A stretch of DNA of 60,808 nt, the filler included. It is 6 parts of 6 records of this genome, joined end to end, with 100 filler letters (N's around TTAATTAATTAA, not from the genome) between each part and the next. Parts side by side here need not be neighbours in the genome. Positions count along the whole stretch, not along the records: positions 36,737 to 53,514 come from SRR31156797_21061; 5 more parts are not named here. One strand, written 5' to 3'. Made by a program: the position numbers and the translations under genes. This document shows positions 41,898 to 51,595 of this stretch, piece by piece (position 1 is the stretch's first letter; each line of letters starts with the position of its first letter). A model generated the notes under the pieces. The model had not been told where the DNA came from. It saw nothing but the letters and a program-made list of their open reading frames with translations, and did no database searches.

Positions 41898-41987
41898 CGG
41901 TTCATCCCCACGTGTGTGGGGAACACATTAGACTAAAACCAGAACTAGATTAATGCTCCGGTTTTTCCACCCGAAGGAGTAGGCGAT
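41898..41987 (-). CRISPR. Orphan type I-E-like mini-array: diverged repeat, 32-nt spacer, canonical repeat
   Basis: Canonical 29-nt repeat GTGTTCCCCACACACGTGGGGATGAACCG (41926-41898). Exactly 61 nt away lies ATCGC-CTACTC-CTTC-GGGTGG-AAAAACCG (41987-41959; 15/29 identical). No cas genes in the window. Confidence 0.75.
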
Positions 41988-42028
41988 AATAGGTCCAGGA
42001 TAATTCTGAGCGCAACGCGTTCACTTTT

Positions 42029-42088
42029 CGGGTAGGCCAAATAGAAACCTCGCATAAGCCAGAGGTTGCGTTGATGAAATCCACGCCC
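42029..42088 (-). pseudogene. YhcG/DUF1016 N-terminal remnant
   Basis: GRGFHQRNLWLMRGFYLAYP matches the GRGFSxRNLxxMRxFY motif; the rest of the gene is absent. Confidence 0.7.
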
Positions 42089-42376
42089 GGCCTCATCACA
42101 AGATGTAGTGGCATTGAACAATGAGCGAAATGGCAAATTCAATTTTGCTCGGATGAGGTATTGAGCTCATACATCAGTATTCGCCAGCCCGGAGATAAAA
42201 AAGAAGTATCACCACTCACGCTTGGATTGCTTATACATAATTTTTCACCCACGCTACCGGTTTACGAATAGGATAATTATTGTTGACAAAAAGCTCACTG
42301 ACCGCATTGGAAACCTGTTGACACCTGCTTGGGGTTTACTCCCTTGTCCAGAAAAAGCAGTTTTTAGATTCAGGAC

Positions 42377-45300
42377 CTATAGATTATCAAGGATCCGTTT
42401 GCTCCTGTCTCGAATCTCTTGTTCTCTGTCTTTTATCATGTTTTGAGCGAGAATACGGATATGGTTAGAATCAATATTGCCCTTTTCCAATAAGGACATT
42501 GCATTGAAACGTATTTTTGGGTTTTTGCTAACCAACAGACTCTCCCATAACGTCAGTTCTTCCGAGTTCATTGGAAACATTGAATCGAGTGCTTTGCTAA
42601 GCAAATTAGCTGGTATTGATTCCGAGCAGATGTCGTTCAGGAATTGCACACGAGGTCCATTGGATGGCCGAAGGCATTCCATAATCCGAGCGTCTACGAC
42701 ATCTCTTACGTCCCTTCGCGTATCATTTGCCCAGGACCTTAGCTCAACGTAACTCGGCAACCGTATTTTCGTGAGCCCTTCTATGATTTTAGCTCGTGGA
42801 CTATCCGGAACAGGACCGCTTTTCGTAGGATAAGGTTTTTCATGCGCGCCCCAATAGGCGTACGCATCACCAAGGATGATTGCAAGATCGGCCATTCCAG
42901 GTTTGGCGATATCAATAGCGAGTTTCGCCGCCCCTGTGGCAATCTTGACGTCGCCCTTTAGTCCACGATTCAGAATGTCGGACAATTTAGGTCCCCACTG
43001 AGGATTAAATTGTCTTAGGCATTCAAATAGATGCTCGCATCCAGAAATAAAAGAGCCAGATAAGCGCCCTAACAGAAGCTCGACAACTTGCTCTTTTTCA
43101 AATTCAGCTGCAAGCCCGCTTGCGACCCAAAGCGTGTTTCCCTTGCCTTTTTTGAAGAGCCGCCCAACAACCAGCCTCAATTCCGCTTGCGGCAACAGAT
43201 TCTCAATAAGATTTGCAGCAATCCACACCATCCACCGAGAAGGGTGATAGAGTGCGGCTTCGATCTTGTCGACATCCAAACTCAGGCTAGAAGATCTGGC
43301 CCAGTCAATCTCTGGTGGATCGACATCTGTTGTGATATCAAATACGCTGTTTTTTGTGGAAGCTCGCAGATAGTCTCTTGCCCGGTGGGCATCTGTTCGG
43401 AGCATTTCAGGGTCTATTCCGCAAACACCGATGCAACCCTTAAGTGCTTCTCTCGTAGCTGCTTTATCGAAGGGATGGGTCCAAGCCCAGACATCAGAGG
43501 CAGACACTTTTTTGAAACTGCTTGCAGCAAGAAAGGCGCTGAGATGCAGCAGATCGCCGGGATGTTCAATATGTTCACTCTCTTCTTCTGGAAGATCGAG
43601 TACGTCGAAAATCGCTTCATAAGCGATCAGTTCTGCTTCATTAAAGCCATTGATGTTAGGAAGTGGCCTTTTGTGTTTATCATGCATTCTTTTGGCAGCT
43701 TCAATCCTGCCTCTAGAGTTCAATAATTCCCCCGCCCTTCTTGAAAAATCCCATGTATTCAAATTCGGGTGGTTCAGGAGATCAAAGATGATTGAGTCCG
43801 TTTGCTTTGATGGCCTGTGTTCCAAGAGTAAGGAAGCTCCTTCTATGGTGAAGTCCCGAAGAAGCTCATGTTCCCAATTCTCTAAATCTATAATTGTCAT
43901 ACCACCCAAAGAAGATCTTAAGGCTGGGGGCACTGTCTCTATGCAAGACCGCAGAGCGTCAGCTAAATTTTCCAATCGATAGTATTTAGACCCGGCAGCC
44001 ACTGCCGCTGCCCACCCGATAAGATATGTCCAGGTTTGCTCATGATTCAGAAGCTTTGCAGCTGAAGGGCCAAGTTCTTCCGGAAAGCGGCGCGCGGCCG
44101 CAACGAACAGCCTGCCAAACTCGCGTGCCCGCAAGCGCTGATCAGAAGAAACGGCTTTAAATGATTCAGCGATAATTTTTTCCCGTAGTGTACGTTTTGG
44201 TGGTGGGTCAGCTGCGGCCAGTATTTCAATTGCCAAGACAATCCGTTTTGCACTCTTTTGAGCGGCTGCTTCGCTTGAAATCAAAATGTCACCTATAACA
44301 TTTGCCGACCCCAATAACGCTGCAAATCGAAGAACCTCTACCCACTCATGATCATCGACAATATCCACTATAGCATCGCGTTGTTCATCAGTATTCATGG
44401 ATTGCAGGTGGCGGGCAGCTGCAAATTCACCAAAACTTTTATGTATGAATACCAGGGTTTCTTCAAAGCCATGACCGATTTTTTCAATCATGCCCACATC
44501 TTGCCAGTATTGAAGACAAGTTTCCGCATCCATTTTGGCTACGAACGGCTTACTTGCAGTTTCACTCGCCAATTCTTCAGCACAGCGGTCAAGTGTGTCT
44601 TCTATCCGGCTCAACGGATTCGCTGTTATATTCCAACCAAGAATATCTAAAATACGCCTGAGCAAAGTAGAAGACCTAGGTGCTTCTTTCACTCTGGAAT
44701 TTGGAATTTCATCAATCAGTGCAAATATCTGTTCAAAGAGACGTTCCCTGGTAGCAGCCAAATGCCCACCGTTTGCAATGATTGATGCTGCAATTCCTAA
44801 TAGTAAAGGACTTCTGGCGACGACTTTGTTTGTTTCTTTTTTTTCGAGTTCACGCGAGCACAAAGCATAGATGTCATCTTCAACTTGTGAATCTTCTTGC
44901 ACACTCTCGGATACAAGAGTCGTCAAATGAGCTAGTGCCGACGAAGATTCCAGTGGCGACAAATAATAATGTCTCCAGCCGCTGAAATAGGCACTGTTAT
45001 ACCCAATAGGTCTAGTTGTAACGAGTACCCGGCAGTCTGGATGTCCCGCGATGAAACGGGTCAAGCCACCAGCAACCAGTTCTTGTAGCCTCCCACATTC
45101 ATCGAATCCGTCACAGAGTAAAAGCCAGTTTGGAAATGCTGCCTGTCTTGCTGATGACGAGGTTATCCCGCTCCCATCCAAACCCAATTCAAATACAGCT
45201 TCTTCGAAACTATTCCCTGCGTCCATGCGTAATGAGACGGTTTTTAATCCCACCTTAAGTATGGGAATGTGGTCCTCGCTGTAACTGCCTGCAAATCTCT

Positions 45301-46351
45301 TAAGCAGTGTTGTCTTCCCCATGCCAGGGCCGCCAATCAAAACGGCGCGGGTGATAAAACGAGCAAGCGTTTTTGCATCGACAGTTACTGAATCTGAATC
45401 AACAGAACGTTCCTCCCAAGTTTGATAATTCTTGATCGCTTCTGGCAGGCTTTTAGTTTTGTACTGATTCTGTTGTACCTCTGCACGAAGAGGTATCCAC
45501 GCCTCATCTATCCGTAATGGTTTCTTTACACCGACGATGGAAAAATGCTTATTGGTCGCTGATGTCCAATTTGTCAATTTCTCCAGCAGAAGTGTAGGAA
45601 CTGTGGATTTATTTTGGGCAAGCCTCACGCCCTTGGAGCCCAACAAACGAAGCAGTGATGACACGTCACGGCGCAGACGATGCTCAATTAAGTCTGATGC
45701 ATCCGTATAGAATACCTTCCAGGCCAACTCAACTTGCTCCTCTTCAGCACAGAGATGCGAGAGTTCGCTGCGGGCAGCGAGAATGTCGGCTTGATTCCAA
45801 GCAAGGGCATTTTTAGTCTGAATACGGATACGCCTACAGCTCTCTACGATTGGCAAGTCCAGTGCTTTTAGCTTTTTTAACCATTGTTTTGCTATTTCGG
45901 AGAGATAGTCATAACGACCATCCCCGAGGCGCACGATGTCTTTTGCTAATTTCTCGGTAATCGTGTTGCTGGAGGTAGGCGAAACGATCAAAACACCGTA
46001 GTCAATTGTTCCGTCTTTGATAGCGCTTGCCATTCCAGTCAAGGGATCCCACAACTTACTCCCAGATCTGAGCCCCTTCTTCACCTGAGCTTCAACGACT
46101 TCGCCTGATCTAAGCCGTACACGGATATCATCGCCAACACCTCCTGTTTCAGCGTAGACGGCTATAGGTACATCCTCAATCACTTTATCAAGCCAAAAAA
46201 GTTGTTTTCCTCTGGCCATGTAGACATACGTGATTGCCGATACTGCAGCCTGAAAATTTATTCCGCCTGCCGGTGCTGTGCCTCCAGCAATTCTATTTAT
46301 CTTCTTCGAGAGATGCGATTGCATTTTTTCCATCGATTTCTTGCCAATCAA
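42377..46351 (-). CDS. NACHT/STAND NTPase with N-terminal PD-(D/E)xK (Cap4-like) nuclease and C-terminal helical repeats; NLR-like defence candidate
   Basis: GINFQ...ETGG.GDDI...EAQVK; Walker A GGPGMGKTT; Walker B LLCDGFDE; VLVTTRP; SPLLL; FIHKSFGEFAAA. Start may be a few codons downstream. Confidence 0.82.
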   Translation of the reverse strand: MIGKKSMEKMQSHLSKKINRIAGGTAPAGGINFQAAVSAITYVYMARGKQLFWLDKVIEDVPIAVYAETGGVGDDIRVRLRSGEVVEAQVKKGLRSGSKLWDPLTGMASAIKDGTIDYGVLIVSPTSSNTITEKLAKDIVRLGDGRYDYLSEIAKQWLKKLKALDLPIVESCRRIRIQTKNALAWNQADILAARSELSHLCAEEEQVELAWKVFYTDASDLIEHRLRRDVSSLLRLLGSKGVRLAQNKSTVPTLLLEKLTNWTSATNKHFSIVGVKKPLRIDEAWIPLRAEVQQNQYKTKSLPEAIKNYQTWEERSVDSDSVTVDAKTLARFITRAVLIGGPGMGKTTLLKRFAGSYSEDHIPILKVGLKTVSLRMDAGNSFEEAVFELGLDGSGITSSSARQAAFPNWLLLCDGFDECGRLQELVAGGLTRFIAGHPDCRVLVTTRPIGYNSAYFSGWRHYYLSPLESSSALAHLTTLVSESVQEDSQVEDDIYALCSRELEKKETNKVVARSPLLLGIAASIIANGGHLAATRERLFEQIFALIDEIPNSRVKEAPRSSTLLRRILDILGWNITANPLSRIEDTLDRCAEELASETASKPFVAKMDAETCLQYWQDVGMIEKIGHGFEETLVFIHKSFGEFAAARHLQSMNTDEQRDAIVDIVDDHEWVEVLRFAALLGSANVIGDILISSEAAAQKSAKRIVLAIEILAAADPPPKRTLREKIIAESFKAVSSDQRLRAREFGRLFVAAARRFPEELGPSAAKLLNHEQTWTYLIGWAAAVAAGSKYYRLENLADALRSCIETVPPALRSSLGGMTIIDLENWEHELLRDFTIEGASLLLEHRPSKQTDSIIFDLLNHPNLNTWDFSRRAGELLNSRGRIEAAKRMHDKHKRPLPNINGFNEAELIAYEAIFDVLDLPEEESEHIEHPGDLLHLSAFLAASSFKKVSASDVWAWTHPFDKAATREALKGCIGVCGIDPEMLRTDAHRARDYLRASTKNSVFDITTDVDPPEIDWARSSSLSLDVDKIEAALYHPSRWMVWIAANLIENLLPQAELRLVVGRLFKKGKGNTLWVASGLAAEFEKEQVVELLLGRLSGSFISGCEHLFECLRQFNPQWGPKLSDILNRGLKGDVKIATGAAKLAIDIAKPGMADLAIILGDAYAYWGAHEKPYPTKSGPVPDSPRAKIIEGLTKIRLPSYVELRSWANDTRRDVRDVVDARIMECLRPSNGPRVQFLNDICSESIPANLLSKALDSMFPMNSEELTLWESLLVSKNPKIRFNAMSLLEKGNIDSNHIRILAQNMIKDREQEIRDRSKRILDNL

Positions 46352-46515
46352 TAATCATGCAGTCCGCAAAAAAATGCGAATGCAAACCATTGCCTGCATT
46401 ATAAGACCCTGTTGTCTATTCCCATATCTATTCTTCATAACTACCTGAATATTAAGGCTTCCCATGGAAATAGGCAGAACGCTGGGTTCAGTTTGCAGAG
46501 ACTGTATAAGCATTC

Positions 46516-46555
46516 CTACCGCCAGTCTAACAGATTATGGCGGTCGGGCTTTTTC
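46516..46555 (+). terminator. Hairpin with T-tract in the helicase-NACHT spacer
   Basis: CCTACCGCCA...TGGCGGTCGG followed by GCTTTTT. Confidence 0.4.
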
Positions 46556-46851
46556 CTGTTCGCTATGAGAGTGAAAATAGACCTTTGAAATCAATCATTT
46601 TTTGCATTTTTCGATACTATTATTGTCCGGATACGCTGTTGTGGATTGTTTTGGTATCACGAAGTTTTTGGCCCTCTCCATTTTCAGCCTTGGGATAATT
46701 ATTGTTGAATGGCAACCATCAGCGGCGTGCGCCTTTGGCACGTTCGCTGAATAGTCGTGTGTTTTGTCGATACCTTCGAGCACTTATTGCAGGCCCTCTT
46801 TTAGCGATCGGACGACAGATCCGACAATCGGGTTCGCTTCCTATTGCATTT

Positions 46852-49800
46852 CTAACCGGCGAATATCCTGTCTACAAAAGGCTGTCTGACATCGGTGTGG
46901 AGCTCAAAATCCTGACGATGTAACTTGCCGCGAAACAGGGAGTCATCCCGTCTCGAACGCGCCAGAACATAACCAGCTGGATCGATCCAGTTGATGGTAT
47001 CGTTCGCCACAACGGGAACAACACGGTACAGGCCGCGTTCACCTGTTGTATCCGTCAATTCTGCCAGAACTCTGTTTCTGCGACCTGCTGCACGTTCCGG
47101 CTCGGGTAGGCTGCGTTCCCAGGCAAGGAAGAGCTGAGGATCGATAAAATCCTCGGCGTCGAGATCGTCATATTCTGCATCTAGCCAAGTTTCGAATTCC
47201 TCCCGCCTGACGGCAGCCGCTTCACGTGTCTGCACCAAGCCTTGCGATAGTGCGAATGCGACGAACGGGTCCAGTGTTCCCCACCGCAGCAATTCCCGTG
47301 CCCAAAAGCCAAACCAAGGCAGCCCTGTCGTTTCTCGCCAGGCACCTAGAGAAGGCATATCAAGTGGATTCCGCGCGCCGTCAGACCAAGCACGTGCGAC
47401 CACGGCGCCGACTGCTACACCTAACCGAAAATCAATGTTATCAGCGACAAAGCGTTGCCAGGCGCGCAGTTGGCTCGGATCGGGACCGGCCGCGCCCGGC
47501 GCGAGGACCCACCAGCCCAGCACGCCTTGCCAGTTTTCGAGAAGTGCTCGATCAGTCTGAGTCTCTCGAACGCGAAAGCCGTATCCTCGATCTGCGGCAA
47601 CGAGTTCACCAAGCGCGACAAAATTGGCGAAACGGTCTTCTGCGCTTGCGTTGCCATAGTCCTGCGCCCCTTCGATCGCAACCCTCATATCCGATGCGAT
47701 CGCTTCAAATCGACGGCCCACATACGGCGTGAAGCCATACTGGTATAACCGGCTGCGTTCTTCCGCATCGGGATAAATTTGGTCGATAATGGAGCATCCG
47801 CGACGCACAAAGGCATGCTCCAACCAGTCTTCTTGGATTGCAGCGTAGGCTGAGAAAGTCCGACGCCAAAGCTCTATAAAAGCTTCTTCGGCTGCAGCTT
47901 TGACCAGCCCCCTTGCTCGCAAGCGCTCAATTTCTTCAATGGCGCTCAGGAGAATACCGTCTAGTTCGTCCACACTGTCAGCGAGCCTGCTTTCTTCGGA
48001 CGTTTCGGCACGGCCCGCCTCATCGCTGATATCTGCAGGAGATGCAGCTTCAAGCCATTCCAGCAAGGCCTCGCCCCCCAACCCAAGCAGGTCCCTCGCA
48101 CGATTCGCGATACTCTGCAGTAACAGTGCAAGGGGGCTATCGACTTCGGCCTGTTCGAGTTCCTCCGCAAGAAGCCGTTGTCTTAACCCTGTGTAATCAT
48201 CGCGAAGAACACGAATTTGGTGCTGCTGCAACGGAATCTGCTTGGGCGCAGTCGATGCAGGGCGGGTTGGTATGGCAACTAGTGTAATGCCCTCCATACC
48301 GTTACTCGCGCCCGGCCGCCCCGCCCTGCCGGAGAGATTGCGGAATTCGGCTGCGGACATTGGCGTTTCGACGGGAGCGTTGTTCACAGGATCGTAGGCC
48401 CGGCGCTTCAATGCGGTGAGGAAGATGATGTCGAATGGAAGATTGACGCCTTCTGTCAGTGTCGCAGTCGCCACCGTAATCGGGCAGATTCCCCGTTCGA
48501 TAAGGTCGGTCATAAGCCTTCTAAGGCGCTGCGGCATCTGCCCATAGTTAGTAGCGATGCCCTGGTCGAGAAGCGCGAGTTCGTAGGAATCCTCACCGCA
48601 ATAGTCAATGCAAGCTGCTCTTGTTTCCTCAAAGCGCGCACGTCCATCTTCATCTTGGGGGGGCTCAAAGGTTAGTGCGTCCTGCCAGCTCTCGAGTTCC
48701 AGGGCATCCTTATACCACCCCATTGTCTTTTCCGGCTGCTGAGCAACCGAAATGAGGATGCGACGGTCATCCTTGATGAGGTGCAGCGCAGTCCACAGAA
48801 CTTCCATTTCGTTGAACCGGTATATACTGTTGCGCATGGCCGCCGATAGTGCTGGCATTGGAGGAGTGCCGAGTCGCAGATAGACGGGTTCGTCCCGTCC
48901 ACGCACGAATAAGGGCCGTCCGTTCATCAACTCAAGCAGCATTCGGCCAGATCTGCCATAGGCGGTCTCGAAAACGCCAACGATCTGCCTTGTGCTCCGG
49001 TAGCGCGTTCCAACTGCTTGCGCGTCCTCGCGGCCTTCGATCCAGCGTGCAACTGGAGATGCGGCCCCGCCAGCCACGGCTGTAAGCGCGATCCTGATGA
49101 GATCGGGCGCTTGAGCGAGTAGGCGCGAAACAAATCCTTCAAGCCGGATTGAGCGGTTGGAGTGTTCTGCGAAATCGGCTTGCGTCCGCTCATCATCCTC
49201 CGGAACGACCTGGTGGGCCTCGTCGACGATCAAGAGCCGCAGGCGGTGCAGCAGCAGCGGGCCGAGATAGCGCATCAGGGCTTCGGCCTTCTCGACCGTC
49301 GCTATAAGGACTGATGGCCTATCGGAACTAAGCCAATAGTCGGTTACACCCCAATCTGAGCCGCCATAGAGTCCTGTCACAATGAGGTCCCGGCCAAGTT
49401 CACCGGTCAGCTTCGCTTCCACTTCGCCTGCCAGCGCCCTTGAGGGAACCAGATACAAGGCGAGCGGCGCGGTATTTTCCTCCTCCTGCAGAAGCAGTTC
49501 CTTGACGAGCGCGAGATTGGCAACAAGCGTCTTCCCAGACCCTGTGGGTGTACATAAGGCAAATGATGATTCTTCGAGAAGCCTCGCGATTCCGTGCCTC
49601 TGCGAGGTCCAGAGGATGCCGCGCTTGCGGCTGAACTGGATCCGAGCGAAAATCTCAAGGCGTGGCGCGCGCTCGGGATTTAGGGCGCCGAGTGTGCGGA
49701 TCGGAGTATAGATGCTTGCGTCTCGGTATGTGATCGCCACCTGAAATAAAAGCGCCACAAGAGCAGATGCATCGTCACCCAAAGTGCGTACGGCTATCTT

Positions 49801-50469
49801 GTCGAGTGCGGTAAGCTTGGCAAAAGCGCGGTCAAGACGCTGATCATCACCACGGCGCAAGGCATCAGCGATGGCGCCGAGCGCACGGACCAGATCGACC
49901 GTGAAATACCAGCTAAACTTGTCCTCACCGTCATCACCGAGCAGGCGTCTGGGAGCCTCCCGAACGGCGATATCCAGATGACGGCGCCAGAATGTGGAAA
50001 TGGCGCGGATTACGCCATCAAAGTCCGCTCGCAGGAACCGTGCGTAGAGCCGCTTTCCGGGACTGTCGAGGCGCACTTGCCCAAGCAGTGCAGCAGCCAT
50101 CGCCGGCAGACCGCCCAGTTGGTATGATGCTGCCACCAAAAGTTCCAATGGCACAAAGGTTTCCAGATCAACGTGGGCGCGTGTGAGCCATTCCAGGAGT
50201 TCGCCAGCGCGGCGGTAGCACAGGATAGCATTTGCAGATGCTTCGCCCTCGACCTTGCGAAAAATTGCGGCGGCATCGAGCAAACGCCGGGCATCATAGA
50301 GCTGACTTCGAGATTCCGCGGGGCGCCATTGAATGGTTGGTACATCCCAAGCGGTCTGCAATCCCCGCACGAAGGATCGCGCCTGAATGGGTGTAAGCGT
50401 ATCCTCCAGGGCGATCTGGTGTCTAACCTGTTCAGCGATTTCCAGCCGATTCTGGTCCCGTTCAGGCAT
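46852..50469 (-). CDS. Ski2-like DEAH helicase, HamB-like (Hachiman)
   Basis: PTGSGKT, YLVPSRALAGEV, TVEK, VDEAH, TATLTEGVNLP, NLSGRAGR. Start ATG 50469 (GGAGG RBS) overlaps the upstream gene. Confidence 0.85.
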   Translation of the reverse strand: MPERDQNRLEIAEQVRHQIALEDTLTPIQARSFVRGLQTAWDVPTIQWRPAESRSQLYDARRLLDAAAIFRKVEGEASANAILCYRRAGELLEWLTRAHVDLETFVPLELLVAASYQLGGLPAMAAALLGQVRLDSPGKRLYARFLRADFDGVIRAISTFWRRHLDIAVREAPRRLLGDDGEDKFSWYFTVDLVRALGAIADALRRGDDQRLDRAFAKLTALDKIAVRTLGDDASALVALLFQVAITYRDASIYTPIRTLGALNPERAPRLEIFARIQFSRKRGILWTSQRHGIARLLEESSFALCTPTGSGKTLVANLALVKELLLQEEENTAPLALYLVPSRALAGEVEAKLTGELGRDLIVTGLYGGSDWGVTDYWLSSDRPSVLIATVEKAEALMRYLGPLLLHRLRLLIVDEAHQVVPEDDERTQADFAEHSNRSIRLEGFVSRLLAQAPDLIRIALTAVAGGAASPVARWIEGREDAQAVGTRYRSTRQIVGVFETAYGRSGRMLLELMNGRPLFVRGRDEPVYLRLGTPPMPALSAAMRNSIYRFNEMEVLWTALHLIKDDRRILISVAQQPEKTMGWYKDALELESWQDALTFEPPQDEDGRARFEETRAACIDYCGEDSYELALLDQGIATNYGQMPQRLRRLMTDLIERGICPITVATATLTEGVNLPFDIIFLTALKRRAYDPVNNAPVETPMSAAEFRNLSGRAGRPGASNGMEGITLVAIPTRPASTAPKQIPLQQHQIRVLRDDYTGLRQRLLAEELEQAEVDSPLALLLQSIANRARDLLGLGGEALLEWLEAASPADISDEAGRAETSEESRLADSVDELDGILLSAIEEIERLRARGLVKAAAEEAFIELWRRTFSAYAAIQEDWLEHAFVRRGCSIIDQIYPDAEERSRLYQYGFTPYVGRRFEAIASDMRVAIEGAQDYGNASAEDRFANFVALGELVAADRGYGFRVRETQTDRALLENWQGVLGWWVLAPGAAGPDPSQLRAWQRFVADNIDFRLGVAVGAVVARAWSDGARNPLDMPSLGAWRETTGLPWFGFWARELLRWGTLDPFVAFALSQGLVQTREAAAVRREEFETWLDAEYDDLDAEDFIDPQLFLAWERSLPEPERAAGRRNRVLAELTDTTGERGLYRVVPVVANDTINWIDPAGYVLARSRRDDSLFRGKLHRQDFELHTDVRQPFVDRIFAG

Positions 50470-51430
50470 CGCCGCCTCCATCGGACCAAAGGCTGTCATA
50501 GAGAGCGTCGATCAATTCCTCGCCATCCTTCAGGATGACTTCCACCAGCTGCAAATCGCGTCCTGCGGTATAATCGTCAGGCATCCTATCGAAGGGAAGA
50601 AGGCAGTCCATTTTTTCACGCCTGGCAGCGCCATTGCCGGCGATGATGATGAGATCCGTCCTGGGAAGCGGCTTAGGGTCTCGAAGAACTAAGGCCCGCT
50701 CCATAGATAGTATTGCCGCATCGTAGCCCTCCGGATCGTGCTCCTGCAAAAGCCTCATGAGTTGTCGCATCCCAATAGGGACGGGCGGGTCGCTGTTCAC
50801 GTCATTCCAAACGCCTTTTCCGGAATGAACTTTCTCTCCTCCGTCCTCCGGATCGTCTATCTTCTTTCCGTACATCAGCGAATCCACAACGGACTTCGTC
50901 AGCGTCTTCCGCCATTTCGCCTCGCCCGCGATGAACCGAACAACAGCACCACCCTCGTCTAGAAGCAAACCGATGAAATCAGAACCGAAGCGCCCGATTG
51001 TTTGGCGTTTCTTTTCCGGGTTACGGGCGAGGGTGAAGAGGTAATTCCGCGCATCTTCGTGATAGCGGAACAGGAAAACCGGCACACACCAGTCATGTTC
51101 GCCCACCAGTTCATAGCCTTCGGTGACAAGCCCGGCCATGACTTCTCCAAACAGACCCCGGCGCGTCGTGCTAGGAAGGCATCTGGGGTATTCTACAGGT
51201 GCCTCCCCGCTATCGCCTGCGTCAGGATGAAGATCAATACCAATATCGGCATGAAATACCTGGCGTGCATCAAGGTGGGCTGATTCAAAATAGGGGCGCA
51301 AAGCCTGACATATGGCTTCGCGGTCGATCTCTTTCTGCAAAAGCAGCAGGTGACCGAAATCACCATTGGTCGAAGGGTGCTCCTCTAACCACTCGTCAAG
51401 GGAGTCATTGGGAGGTGGGCAAGTATGCAT
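50462..51430 (-). CDS. HamA-like (DUF1837-type) PD-(D/E)xK nuclease
   Basis: GLFGEV...GSDFIG...AGEAKW catalytic pattern; overlaps the helicase start. Start ATG 51430 (GGAGGAG RBS). Confidence 0.7.
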   Translation of the reverse strand: MHTCPPPNDSLDEWLEEHPSTNGDFGHLLLLQKEIDREAICQALRPYFESAHLDARQVFHADIGIDLHPDAGDSGEAPVEYPRCLPSTTRRGLFGEVMAGLVTEGYELVGEHDWCVPVFLFRYHEDARNYLFTLARNPEKKRQTIGRFGSDFIGLLLDEGGAVVRFIAGEAKWRKTLTKSVVDSLMYGKKIDDPEDGGEKVHSGKGVWNDVNSDPPVPIGMRQLMRLLQEHDPEGYDAAILSMERALVLRDPKPLPRTDLIIIAGNGAARREKMDCLLPFDRMPDDYTAGRDLQLVEVILKDGEELIDALYDSLWSDGGGDA

Positions 51431-51532
51431 ACCAGCTCCTCCGGCAGCCGAACTTTTTGCCAATCTCACGCAGCTTGTTCGTTCTGTCGCTACCACGATT
51501 TATATTATGTTCCTCCACACCTTCCCAAAAGC

Positions 51533-51595
51533 ACATATCGATTGGATAAGATTGTGGTTCGCGACGCTCACACAATCTATCCTTATTCGTTGGGC
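51533..51595 (-). mobile_element. Integron attC-like site
   Basis: On minus: GCCCAAC (R'', RYYYAAC) at the kinase stop; arms GGATAGATTGTG / CACAATCTTATCC with one extra base; ends in GATATGT where GTTRRRY is expected; 63 bp. Confidence 0.7.

Noticed and set aside
42016-42048. Possible further CRISPR repeat (CGCGTTCAC...)
   Set aside because: Off the 61-nt register, no hairpin, and it overlaps the YhcG remnant.
46474-46535. Possible second attC between helicase and NACHT genes (GCAGAAC, GTCTAAC words)
   Set aside because: No paired L boxes or matching R'/R'' in cassette orientation; better explained as a hairpin. Needs a covariance-model check.
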